From positions 320,001 to 384,000 of the forward strand of contig CAWGYD010000003.1 of the NCBI GenBank assembly GCA_963826785.1: a DNA stretch of 64,000 nt, written 5' to 3'. Source of the DNA: an uncultured delta proteobacterium. GTDB taxonomy: Bacteria; Desulfobacterota; Desulfobacteria; Desulfobacterales; Desulfosalsimonadaceae. The notes under the pieces are model-generated. The model was not told where the DNA came from, did no database searches, and saw only the letters and a program-made list of their open reading frames with translations. Below, piece by piece: positions 10,591 through 20,284 of the stretch. The number at the start of each line of letters is the position of its first letter. The first letter of the stretch is position 1. The translations under genes were made by a program, and so were the position numbers.

Positions 10591-10613
10591 CCTACAGGTA
10601 TTCCAGGGAGATG

Positions 10614-12360
10614 TCACCCCGAAACGACGCTGCGGATGGTTTGCAGCAGTTCGTTGCGGTTGCCGCTTTTCTTCAGATAGGCGGCGGCACCCACCTGCCG
10701 GATGGCCTCGGCCTGGTCGGCGGCATCGAACATGGACAGGCCGATGATCTTGATATCGGGGTTTTCGGCATGGATGATCCGGGTCGCCTCGATTCCATTC
10801 ATCTTGGGCATGCTGATGTCCATCAGGATCAGGTCCGGGCATAGTTCCCGGGCCATTATAATCGCATCTTCGCCGTCCGATGCTTCTCCCACCACGTCGA
10901 TGTCGGGGTAATCGGAAAGGAGCAGAGAAAGGCCCTGGCGCATGACGGAATGATCATCGACCAGCATGACCCGGATGCCGGCGCCGGATTTCTCCCGATC
11001 CGCGCCGGCACTTGATGGCCGTGTTTCCGTGTCGGCGGGCATCTTCTTCTTTGGATGTGCTTTAACGGATTCCTCGTGGATGGGGGCGAGGAGGCAAACG
11101 GTGGTCCCACGGCCCGGTGAACTGTCAATCCGGCATTTTCCGCCCATGAACTGCAGCCGCTCCCGGATGCTGAACAGTCCGAATCCCGAGGCCATTTCAT
11201 CGGGTTCATCGGCGCACCGGTCCGGATCGAATCCGGCGCCGTGATCCACCACCGTGATCCGGATATGGGCGTGGTCCGGGCAGGCCAATTCAATTTCCGC
11301 CGATAAAACGTCTGCATGTTTGACCACGTTTAGCAGCAGTTCGCGAACCGAACTGAACAACAATGTTTTGATATCCTGGCGCATGGAATCGCCGCAGCCA
11401 TCTTTATCAATGAGGTTGACCGTCAACCCGTGCTTTTCGTTCATCCAGCGGACCAGCCATTGCAGCGCCCGGAGCAGGCCGCCCTCGTAAAGAACCGGCG
11501 GCGACAGTTCAACCGTCAGGGTTCGGGAGACATCCAGCGATTCCTGCATCAGGTTTGCGGCATTTTCGATGATCCGCCAGTATTCGCCTGGGACGCGCCC
11601 TTCAAGCGTTTCCAGGCTGAACCGGGCGCCGACCAGGAGCTGCTGCAGGTGGTCGTGCAGAATCTTGGCCAGACGCCGACGCTCCCGGTGTTCGGCCATG
11701 GTCAGCTCCGAAGACAGGCGGCTCAGCTGCGCTGCCCTCAACCGGAGTTCGGAATTCTTGCCCGTGAGTTCTTCGGCATAATCTTTGAGCCGGGTTTCCG
11801 TTTTTTTCAGCTCCGTCAGATCCGTCACCACCATGCAGACGGCATCGAGTTTTTCCTCGGAGCTGAAATGACGCAGGGAGACCAGGACGGGGATCAGATC
11901 CCCTCTGCCGGTCGAAAGCCGCATTTCGGCCTTGATCCCCTCTTCCCGGAACGCCCGCCGCATGAGGTCCTCCAGCGCCTTTTCGTCCTCGGGAACCGCC
12001 AGATCCGCAAGTGATCCCCCGATGACATTCTCGATGGGCATCCGGAGCATGTCTGCAAGCCGGCGATTGCAATACAGGATGATGCCGTCTTCGGACAGAA
12101 CGATGGCCCCCTCGTTCATGGTTTCGATCATGATGCGGTAGCTCTGATCCGCCCCTGCCAGCGTATAGATCTGCTCCCCTTCCGGTCCGGGGACCACCAG
12201 GGCATCCACCCGGCCGCTGCGGATGGCATCGAGCACTTCCTCGGTCTCTTCGAGGCGCTCGCGTAGCTAGTTTTACTTCCTGAATCAGATCTTCTTTTGT
12301 TTTCTCTGAATCGGTCACGTCACTTCTCATACTATCGTAAGGGGGCTTCATATGGGTCAT
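10614..12360 (-). CDS. PAS / HisKA_3 / HATPase / receiver hybrid sensor kinase, +1 frameshift near 12269
   Basis: LHDHLQQ H-box, [17 protein letters not shown], receiver LVDDH...LMDISMP; ATGA overlap with kaiB stop at 12357-12360; removing one base restores [21 protein letters not shown]. Confidence 0.88.
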
Positions 12361-12722
12361 GGCGCCTCTTTTGAATCCGGATGCCGGGGTCTTAAATCGA
12401 GTCCCACCAGGATCTTTTCCGTATCCGACAGGTCGCCGATAAATTTGCGCAAGGGAGACGGAAGTTTTTTGATCAGGGTGGGGGCGGCGATAATCTGCGC
12501 TTCCTTTCCCAGTTCCGGCTGCTGATAGATGTCGATCACTTCCAGGTCATAACGGCCCTTTAAATGGGTTTTGCAGATCTCCTTGATCTTCTGGATGGCC
12601 CGGAGGGATTTGGGGGTCATGCCGCTGACGTAAAGCCTGAGGACATAGGATTCCTGATCGTCTGGATGGCGCAGCAGCTCTTCGAATTTTTCGGTGGTGC
12701 TTTTCTCCGGCTGGTCGTTCAT
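12357..12722 (-). CDS. kaiB: Circadian clock KaiB family protein (second copy, N-terminal extension)
   Basis: YVLRLYVSG...[23 protein letters not shown]. Confidence 0.92.
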   Translation of the reverse strand: MNDQPEKSTTEKFEELLRHPDDQESYVLRLYVSGMTPKSLRAIQKIKEICKTHLKGRYDLEVIDIYQQPELGKEAQIIAAPTLIKKLPSPLRKFIGDLSDTEKILVGLDLRPRHPDSKEAP

Positions 12723-13021
12723 GTCGATCTTCCATTGTTTTCCCGAAGATCCAACCCTACCAGCACGCGCTCGGTGTTGGAAAGATCCCCGATAATCTTG
12801 CGGATGGGTTCGGGCAGCTTGCGCACCAGCGTGGGGATGGCCAGGATCTGGTCCCCCTTGGCCAGCTGCGGATTTTCCAGCAGGTCGATGACCTCGATGT
12901 GGTAGCGCCCTTCCAGGTGCTCTTCGCAGATGTTCTTCAGATTGGCAAAGGCCGTAAGCGACTTGGACGTCTGCCCGGCCACATAGAGTCGAAGATTGTA
13001 GTATTCTTTCCCGTTGTCCAC
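12719..13021 (-). CDS. kaiB: Circadian clock KaiB family protein
   Basis: LRLYVAGQT...[26 protein letters not shown] start with GGAGG RBS. Confidence 0.93.
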   Translation of the reverse strand: MDNGKEYYNLRLYVAGQTSKSLTAFANLKNICEEHLEGRYHIEVIDLLENPQLAKGDQILAIPTLVRKLPEPIRKIIGDLSNTERVLVGLDLRENNGRST

Positions 13022-13050
13022 GGCCTCCCCCTTTTTTCCGATTCAAGAAT

Positions 13051-13182
13051 GATGAATCTGTAAAAAGTCCAAAGTTCGTCACTCCGGTGAAAACCGGAGT
13101 CTATAACCAACTTAGTTTGTAGTAGATTCCGGCCTCCGCCGGAATGACAAAAGCGTAAAATCCCACTTTTTACGGATTCATC
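13051..13182. mobile_element. 132-bp MITE with 18-bp TIRs and 6-bp target duplication
   Basis: GATGAATCTGTAAAAAGT / ACTTTTTACGGATTCATC; AAGAAT at 13045-13050 and 13183-13188. Confidence 0.8.
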
Positions 13183-13295
13183 AAGAATGATGAAGCCTTA
13201 AAATGCATTGTACCCCGATGCACGGAGTTTTTTCAGAAAGGAACTTTTGATCTTTTGATTGCATGAAGCCTAACACCCCCCCGGCCCCCCTCAAG

Positions 13296-13545
13296 GGCAT
13301 TACGTCTAACTTAACGCATAGTATCCCCCCCGTAATCATCCTTTATGTCATTCCGGCAGTCTTTTAGCCGGAATCCAATGAATAGCAAAGGGTGCCGTTT
13401 CTTTTATTTGCAAGAATGTATACCGCTGGTTGCCTGTTCATTTCGTCTTCCTGGATTCCGGCTTAAAGACTGCCGGAATGACGCTCTTAAGAGGAACGAC
13501 AAATTAGAAGATATTGCATCGGTCATTAAGTTAGCGCCTATGTCC
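13296..13545 (-). mobile_element. ~250-bp MITE (copy C) with GIY-YIG 5' remnant, inserted in REP hairpin centre
   Basis: Near-exact reverse complement of 6999-7248; CCTCAAG(G) on both flanks; mini-ORF 13441-13364 MNRQPAVYILANKRNGTL... Confidence 0.85.
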
Positions 13546-13572
13546 CCTCAAGGGGGGATTTGGTGTACTATT

Positions 13573-15267
13573 TCACTCCGTATCCGCCATCCTGCGATCC
13601 GCCATCTCCAGGCGGTTTTTGGAAAGGGTGTCCAGCTTTGTCGCATGATCCGACACGGTCCTTTCGATTTCTTCCTTATCGGCTTCCATCTGGAAACGCA
13701 GCGCCTCGATCCGGGATTCGATGACGCGATGCTTGCGCTCAAGCTCCCGCTTTTTGAACTCGATCTCCTTTTCCATGCGCATCACTTCCGCCTTTTCCCG
13801 GGCTTCCTGGGCGGTGCGGGCCGACCCGGTCAGCACACCGGCCGGACCGGTGTAGACATCGATCAGGTCCACGCCGCTGCCGGTGAGCAAAAATTCCCGG
13901 ACCTGGTTGGAGTGCGCCATTCCCCTGGATTTGATGATGTTGAGCACCCGGTTGCGCTCCCCCGAAGACTCGATTTCCTTCAGTATCAGCCAGGTGTCCA
14001 TCAGGGAGGAAACCCCGATATCCGTGCTTTCAAACGCCTCCCCCTGGAGGAGATGGGTGAACATGGAGGTGATCATTTTCGATTTCATCAGGTCCACCAG
14101 GCGCATGAGCGCGATTTTGACCTCTTGCGCATTCCCCACGGAGATCAGGTTGGAAATGGGGTCGAGCACCACCACCGCCGGAGAAAATTCCGTAATCGTT
14201 TTATACATCTCCGCCAGGTGCGTTTCCAGCCCGTAGAAAGTGGGGCGGATCGCCCTGAAACGCAAAAGGCCCTTTTCCTGGCATTTTTCCAGGTCGAGTC
14301 CGATGGAGTGCATGTTTCGGATAATCTGGCTGCTCGACTCCTCGAAGGCGTAATACAGGCACCGTTCATTGTTGCGGCAGGCCTCCTCTACGAAATGGCC
14401 GCAGAAACTGGTCTTTCCCGTGCCGGCCGTTCCGGAAATCAAAATACTGCTTCCCCGGAAAAACCCCTTGCCGCTGAGCATCGCATCGAGCCGGGAAATT
14501 CCCGTCGATATCCGATCCGATGAGACATCGTAGTTAAGCCCCACCGAGGTGATGGGCAAAACGGAAATCCCCCCCTCGTCGATCAGAAAGGGGTATTCAT
14601 TGGTGCCGTGGACCGTTCCGCGGTATTTCACCACCCGGAGGCGCCGGGTGGAGAGCTGATCCTTCACCCGGTGGTCGAGGACGATCACGCAGTCGGACAC
14701 GTATTCCTCCAGCCCCTGGCGGGTGAGCCCGCTTTCGGAATTCCCCCTTTCGGCGGTGATCACCGCCGTGATCCCCCGGTCCTTGAGCCATCGAAACAGC
14801 CGCCGGATCTCGGCGCGGAGGATGAATTGATTGGTAAATCCGGAAAACAGCGCCTCCAGCGTATCTAAAACCACCCGCTTGGCCCCGATGGCATCGATGG
14901 CAAATCCCATCCGGACAAAGAGCCCTTCCAGGTTGTATTCCCCCGTCTCTTCGATTTCGGAGCGTTCAACCCGGACACAGTCCAGGCTGATCTTTTTTGC
15001 CGCTTCCAGCGCTTTGAGGTCAAAACCCAGGGAGGCAAAATTGGCGGCAAGGTCGTCCTCGGATTCCTCGAAGCTCATGAACATGCCGGGCTCCCCGAAT
15101 TCCGTTGCCCCCCGGACCAGAAATTCCATTCCGAAAAGGGTCTTGCCGCTGCCCGCCCCGCCGCAGACCAGCGCCGGCCGCCCCCGGGGAAGCCCGCCAT
15201 GCGTAATTTCATCAAAACCCTTGATGCCGGAGGGCGATTTGGGAAGCATTGCGATGGGGTGATTCAT
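13573..15267 (-). CDS. kaiC: Circadian clock protein KaiC (double RecA-like domain, C-terminal coiled coil)
   Basis: Two Walker A motifs (GGAGSGKT, GTAGTGKT), FEE catalytic pairs, VSSLMDTW phosphosite region. Confidence 0.95.
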   Translation of the reverse strand: MNHPIAMLPKSPSGIKGFDEITHGGLPRGRPALVCGGAGSGKTLFGMEFLVRGATEFGEPGMFMSFEESEDDLAANFASLGFDLKALEAAKKISLDCVRVERSEIEETGEYNLEGLFVRMGFAIDAIGAKRVVLDTLEALFSGFTNQFILRAEIRRLFRWLKDRGITAVITAERGNSESGLTRQGLEEYVSDCVIVLDHRVKDQLSTRRLRVVKYRGTVHGTNEYPFLIDEGGISVLPITSVGLNYDVSSDRISTGISRLDAMLSGKGFFRGSSILISGTAGTGKTSFCGHFVEEACRNNERCLYYAFEESSSQIIRNMHSIGLDLEKCQEKGLLRFRAIRPTFYGLETHLAEMYKTITEFSPAVVVLDPISNLISVGNAQEVKIALMRLVDLMKSKMITSMFTHLLQGEAFESTDIGVSSLMDTWLILKEIESSGERNRVLNIIKSRGMAHSNQVREFLLTGSGVDLIDVYTGPAGVLTGSARTAQEAREKAEVMRMEKEIEFKKRELERKHRVIESRIEALRFQMEADKEEIERTVSDHATKLDTLSKNRLEMADRRMADTE

Positions 15268-15380
15268 AGAGCCACACCTTTCTTGTCATTGATTCCAGAT
15301 TCAAAGAACGAAAAAATAGCACCCAATTGACTGAAAGTAAAGTATATGATTGAAAAAATGCGCTGATCCGTCACCCCGTT

Positions 15381-16091
15381 TCATGCGAACAAAACAGCGA
15401 ACAAATCGGATACGGCGCCGCCCGCATCCGCAAAAAGCGATCCGGCCATTGCGATCATGATCATCCCGGAGACCAGGTCCGAATAGTGCCGGTACTTGAT
15501 GCCGATGCGGGAAAAGCCGGTGCCGAAGATCATCAGGGCCGGCAGGGTGCCCGCGCCGAAGGCCGCCGCCAGCATCCCCCCCCGGATCGTCCCGCCGGCG
15601 GCCAGGGCCCGGGAAAAGGCGGCATAGGACAGCCCGCAGGGCAGAAACCCCATCATCAGGCCCAGCAGCCCCATGCTTGCATTGCTCTTCGTTTTAAGGA
15701 CGGAGCCGATCACGCCGCGCAATCCCGGTATTTTCGACGGCTTCGCCGTGCCCATCCAGGCGGGCTCGGCGAAAAACCCCAGGCGGGACAGACCGAAAAT
15801 CAGCAGAAAGACGGCCGCTGCAATGGAAAATCCCACCTGTATCCGGGCGATCCAGGCCAGCGGCGCCACCCCGCTGTTCCGGGCCAGCCTCGAAATCCCC
15901 GCGCCGATGCCCCCCATGACCATGCCGGCAGCCGCATAGGTGGCCAGGCGGCCGGAATGGTAGAACAGGTGGGCGGAAAACCGGCCGGCCCCCGCCGGAA
16001 AGACCAGCACCAGCGGCCCGCACATCCCCACGCAGTGCCCGGCCCCAAACAGCCCCAGCAAAAACATCGAGGTGATATCCAGATGACTCAT
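15381..16091 (-). CDS. Sulfite exporter TauE/SafE-like (DsbD_2) membrane protein
   Basis: HCVGMCGPL and GFLPCGLSY motifs, multi-TM. Confidence 0.85.
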   Translation of the reverse strand: MSHLDITSMFLLGLFGAGHCVGMCGPLVLVFPAGAGRFSAHLFYHSGRLATYAAAGMVMGGIGAGISRLARNSGVAPLAWIARIQVGFSIAAAVFLLIFGLSRLGFFAEPAWMGTAKPSKIPGLRGVIGSVLKTKSNASMGLLGLMMGFLPCGLSYAAFSRALAAGGTIRGGMLAAAFGAGTLPALMIFGTGFSRIGIKYRHYSDLVSGMIMIAMAGSLFADAGGAVSDLFAVLFA

Positions 16092-16121
16092 GATGGATCG
16101 CCTTTGATCCCTATTTTAATA

Positions 16122-16197
16122 TTCGATGTTCGATGTTCGATGTTGAACGTTGAACTTCGAACGTCGAACGCTGAACGCTGAACGCTGAACATCGAAT
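16122..16197. repeat. Heptamer tandem repeats in opposing orientation
   Basis: (TTCGATG)x3 then (TGAACGC)-type units ending AACATCGAAT. Confidence 0.75.
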
Positions 16198-16251
16198 GTT
16201 AACGATGATTAGTTGACATTAATTATTGTTAAAGTCGCGTATTTCCGGGAG

Positions 16252-16415
16252 AACACCCCCCGGCCCCCCTCAAGGGGGGAATTTTCACTTATGACACTGA
16301 CGGGGAGTTTGAGCCGATCCCACTGCGCGGCCCTTTCCGTCATTTCCGGTCGGAGAAGGAACCCGGTGAATCCCGCAATCCAAATCCCCCCTGGAGGGGG
16401 GCGAAGGGGGGTGTC
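16252..16415. repeat. REP-like inverted doublet
   Basis: Forward copy at 16252, reverse at 16383-16415. Confidence 0.8.
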
Positions 16416-16546
16416 CGGCCCATTTGACAACCCCGGCCCAGCGGACTACTTATTTTACGTCCGTTGCCGATATTTTTCAAAAATTCCGGGGTGCGGGACG
16501 GATTTCAAAATTTCGTCTTCGCACCCCGCAGCCAAGGAGATTTTCC

Positions 16547-17350
16547 ATGAAGAAAATATACGTCATCTTATTCTGCCTGACAATTTTACTGGCCCCCGTG
16601 TTCCTTTGCGCGTGCGGCGAGGACGGGACCGAGTCGGCCACCCCGGAAGAGCAACCCGGGCGGGTGGTGAAACCCGACAGCGGCGCCGCAAAAGAGCAAA
16701 GGCGGATGCCGGAATCGGATATGACCATGCCGCAGAACACCGGGATACCCGGTCACGAGCGCCCTGAAACCGCCGTGCCCCAGCCCCCGGAAATCGAGGG
16801 CCAGAACCCCCAGGATCAACCGCCGGCGACCCGGGAAGAAAATTCCGAGAACGACCAGGTGACCCCCCAGCTGTTCGATGACCGGCCGGTGCCCGGGGTG
16901 TTGCCGTTAGATGAGAACGACATCCTGCAGGTCAGCGACACCGACCGCTGCCCGGTCTGCGCCATGCAGGTGGCCAAACACCCGAAATCCGCCGCCGCCA
17001 TCGTGCTTGCGGACGGCACCACCTGGTATTTCTGCGGCACCGGGTGCATGCTCAAGTCCTGGATGCACCCGGAGATCTATCTGGGCGTTCAATCGGGCGA
17101 TCTTGAAAAACCGGTGGTGCAGGAATATTTCACCGGCGCCCCGGTGGATGCCCGGGAGGTGAAATGGGTGGCCGGGTCCGATGTCATCGGGCCCATGGGC
17201 CCCTCCCTGGTGCCGGTCGACATGGCGCAGCTGGCGGCATTTCAGGCGCGCCACGGGGGGGCCACGGTATTTTCCCTGGCGGACCTGGATGATGCCAGGT
17301 GGAAACAAATCACCGGCAAAGACATCGTCTCCGCCAAAATGTCCGAGTAA
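16547..17350 (+). CDS. nosL: NosL family lipoprotein with long low-complexity linker
   Basis: Lipobox-like LCAC; RCPVCAM, YFCGTGCM and GPMG motifs; RBS AAGGAG. Confidence 0.82.
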   Translation: MKKIYVILFCLTILLAPVFLCACGEDGTESATPEEQPGRVVKPDSGAAKEQRRMPESDMTMPQNTGIPGHERPETAVPQPPEIEGQNPQDQPPATREENSENDQVTPQLFDDRPVPGVLPLDENDILQVSDTDRCPVCAMQVAKHPKSAAAIVLADGTTWYFCGTGCMLKSWMHPEIYLGVQSGDLEKPVVQEYFTGAPVDAREVKWVAGSDVIGPMGPSLVPVDMAQLAAFQARHGGATVFSLADLDDARWKQITGKDIVSAKMSE

Positions 17351-17365
17351 GCCGCCTTTTTCCTC

Positions 17366-17677
17366 ATGGATTGCGATCCCGCCCATACCGACCGGTTCGA
17401 TGCGGCCGTGCTGCTGATCAAGGCCGTTCTCATCATCTTCGTATTTGCCGCTGTTCTGATCCTGCTTTCCGCCCGTTTCCAGCACGCCTTGAATGACGGC
17501 CGGGCAGAAGCCCTGGTTTCCCTGCTCAACCTGTCCGCCCCCGCGCTGGTGCCCTCCGGCCGGGCCGCCAGGCATCCGGAAATCCCGGATGCAGGTGCGA
17601 GCGCTCGATTTTCACCCGAAATTTTTATCCCCGACCCGGACCCCATGCGCATGGTCTTCCGGGGGACGTCCCCATGA
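17366..17677 (+). CDS. Small hypothetical membrane protein
   Basis: One TM helix; ATGA overlap with the next gene. Confidence 0.6.
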   Translation: MDCDPAHTDRFDAAVLLIKAVLIIFVFAAVLILLSARFQHALNDGRAEALVSLLNLSAPALVPSGRAARHPEIPDAGASARFSPEIFIPDPDPMRMVFRGTSP

Positions 17678-18810
17678 ATTTTCATTTCCGCCCCCTTTAT
17701 GTGTGGGCGGCCCGTGACCTGCTGCGCCGTCCTGGTGAGGCCCTCCTGCTCACAGGGGTGCTCGCCCTGGTCATCATGGTCGCCGCAGCCGCCCTGCTGC
17801 TGACCCGCGCCCTGTCCGACACTGCCCTGAAAATCATCGATGCGGGGCCGTCTTTGGTCATCCGCAGGACCGGGCCCGGCGGGTGGCAGCCCATGGAGGC
17901 CCAAACCGCGGTGGCGGCGGCTGCCGTCGTTGCCGGGGTGATCCATCCCCGGCCCCGGGTGTGGGGATTGGTGCGTGCGGGCGATACGCAACTCACCCTG
18001 GTGGGGATGGAAAAGCCGGCGGGGGCACTGGCCAATGCCGGCGCGCCCGGCCGGGGCCAGGCCATTGCCGGACCGGCTGCCGGGTGCGCGCCGGGAGACA
18101 CGCTGATTCTGACCGGGCAGCACACGCAATCGTTTACCGTGATCGCCACCTTTGAGCGCTTTGTTGCCGCAGCGGTCCAGGACGTGGTGCTGGTCGGGGC
18201 CGATGACGCCCGAAAGGTGCTGGGCCTGCCCCCGGGATATGCCACCGATCTGGCTGTTGACGTTTTTCATGACGGGGAGCAGGACGCCATCCTTCCCGAT
18301 CTTCTAAACGCCTTCGAATTTCCGGTGCGCATCGCCACCCGGCAGAGCACTGCGGGCTGGTATGCGGCATCCTATGCCATGCGCGGCGGCCTCTTCATGA
18401 CGGCGCTGATCCCTTCGGTGCTGGCCCTGGTGCTGATCATGATCTATTCCGGCCGGGAAGGCGCCGGACGGAAGCAGGAGATCGGACTCTTAAAATCCAT
18501 GGGATGGACCACCAAAGACATCGCCGCCCTCCAAATGACCCGTGCGGCCATCATCGGTCTTGCGGCTTCGGCCATCGGCATGGCCGCGGCATACGCCCTG
18601 GTCTTTTTTCCCGGCGCTACCTGGCCGGCGGCCTTCTTCTTCGGCTGGCAGCAGCATCCCCCCGCCTTGTTTCCCGATCCTGCCGGGGCGTTGGCGGTGC
18701 TGGTCCAGGTTTGCGCCCTCGTGGTCGCCCCCTTTGCCGCAGCCGGCCTGCTGTCCGCCCTGAGATATGCATCCGCCGCGCCCATGGATATGATCGACGG
18801 GGAAGCCTGA
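17674..18810 (+). CDS. ABC transporter permease, FtsX/LolE-like
   Basis: RKQEIGLLKSMGW motif; 1+3 TM topology. Confidence 0.85.
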   Translation: MNFHFRPLYVWAARDLLRRPGEALLLTGVLALVIMVAAAALLLTRALSDTALKIIDAGPSLVIRRTGPGGWQPMEAQTAVAAAAVVAGVIHPRPRVWGLVRAGDTQLTLVGMEKPAGALANAGAPGRGQAIAGPAAGCAPGDTLILTGQHTQSFTVIATFERFVAAAVQDVVLVGADDARKVLGLPPGYATDLAVDVFHDGEQDAILPDLLNAFEFPVRIATRQSTAGWYAASYAMRGGLFMTALIPSVLALVLIMIYSGREGAGRKQEIGLLKSMGWTTKDIAALQMTRAAIIGLAASAIGMAAAYALVFFPGATWPAAFFFGWQQHPPALFPDPAGALAVLVQVCALVVAPFAAAGLLSALRYASAAPMDMIDGEA

Positions 18811-18961
18811 AGGGAAAATTGACGGGAAATCGTGAAGTGAGAGGAAGTGAGAGCGTGAAGTGAGAGCGTGACGGGGTCTGCGTTCTCCCCCCTTTCGCAA
18901 AGGGGGGCGGGGGGGATTTTGGACACCCCGATTAACAATAAGGGCCTATCAGACCCTGAAC

Positions 18962-19702
18962 ATGGAAAAGGTGATCATGCGGGAACTGTCCTGCCGGCAC
19001 ATCTCTTTTTCCCGGCCCGGTCCCGGGGGAAAAGAGAGGTGCGTCATAGACGATATCAGCACCGCGTTTTGCGCCGGGCAGGTGCATCTCATCGGCGGGG
19101 ACACCGGGGCGGGCAAGAGCACCCTGGTTCACCTGCTGGCCGGGCTGATCCGGCCGGGAAAAGGCGAGATCGCCGCCGACGGCGAAGCCGTGTCCCGGTG
19201 GGTTTCGGCCCACAAGGACCTGTGGCGAAGGCGGGTGGGCATCATCTTCCAACATGCCCGTCTGCTGCCGGGATTGTCGGCAGTTGAAAATGTGATGGCG
19301 CCGCTGATTCCCCGGGCCATGAAAATATCAGACATCCGCCTTTCTGCGCGCGCGGCCCTTGAATCCATCGGCGCGGGGCACCTGGCGGGAAAAGGCGTGC
19401 ATGAACTTTCCGGCGGTGAGCGCCAGAAGGTGGCCATCGCCCGGGCGCTGTGCCCGCAGCCGGAGCTGATCCTGGCCGACGAACCCACGGCCCACCAGGA
19501 CGATGCCGCCACCGCATGCATCCTGGAGCGCCTCAGGGCCCATGCCGATGCCGGCCGCATCGTGGTCGTCACCGCCCACGACCACCGGGTGATGCGTTCG
19601 CGATTTGCGGACCGGCGGTTTAAGCTGATACAGGGGAAGTTGGGCGGGGAGTTGTCCCCTTTTGGCGGTGATGGCGCAGATGGCGCAAATGGGGCAAATT
19701 GA
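18962..19702 (+). CDS. ABC transporter ATP-binding protein (LolD-like)
   Basis: GDTGAGKS, LSGGERQ, ILADEPT. Confidence 0.9.
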   Translation: MEKVIMRELSCRHISFSRPGPGGKERCVIDDISTAFCAGQVHLIGGDTGAGKSTLVHLLAGLIRPGKGEIAADGEAVSRWVSAHKDLWRRRVGIIFQHARLLPGLSAVENVMAPLIPRAMKISDIRLSARAALESIGAGHLAGKGVHELSGGERQKVAIARALCPQPELILADEPTAHQDDAATACILERLRAHADAGRIVVVTAHDHRVMRSRFADRRFKLIQGKLGGELSPFGGDGADGANGAN

Positions 19703-19728
19703 GCAAATGGCGCAAATGGCGCAAATGG
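19670..19728. repeat. Nonamer tandem repeat (ATGGCGCAA)n overlapping the ATPase 3' end
   Basis: About six degenerate units read directly. Confidence 0.7.
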
Positions 19729-19742
19729 TCGATTCCGTGAAG

Positions 19743-20275
19743 AACACCCCCCTGCGCCCCCCTCAAGGGGGGAATTTAGAAAGGGCGGCCCCTCAAGCGG
19801 GGAATAATGCGAAGGGGGTTCGATTCTGTGGAGAACACCCCCCTGCGCCCCCCTCAAGGGGGGAATTTAGGAGGGGCGGCCCTTCTCGAGGGGGGAATAG
19901 ACAGGCAAAATTCGCAAATCCCCGCCCGGGGGAGGAGAAATCTCCGGTTTTAAATCCAGGAGGGGCCAAATATTCAAATTCCCCCCTTGAGGGGGGCGAA
20001 GGGGGGTGTCGCAAAGGAGGTTCCCGGGTGGGTGTCGCCGACGAGAAATCCCCAGGTTTTAATCCAGGAGGGACCAAATATTCCAATTCCCCCCTTGAGG
20101 GGGGCGAAGGGGGGTGTCGCACAAGGAGGTGTTGCCCGGGTGGGTGTCGCCCGGGGGGTGAGAAATCTCCGGTTTTAAATCCAGGAGGGGCCAAATATTC
20201 CAATTCCCCCCTTGAGGGGGGCGAAGGGGGGTGTCGCACAAGGAGGTATTGCCCAGGGAGGTGTCGCCCGGGGGG
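19743..20275. repeat. REP cluster with three 108-117-bp tandem units
   Basis: GAGAAATC...AATCCAGGAGG...REP units start at 19935, 20043 and 20160. Confidence 0.88.
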
Positions 20276-20284
20276 AGCCCCCCT

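Noticed and set aside
16547..17350. Denitrification (nos) cluster
   Set aside because: No nosZ, nosD or nosR in the window.
19935..20275. CRISPR-like repeat-spacer pattern
   Set aside because: The sequences between repeats are copies of each other, so this is a tandem duplication.
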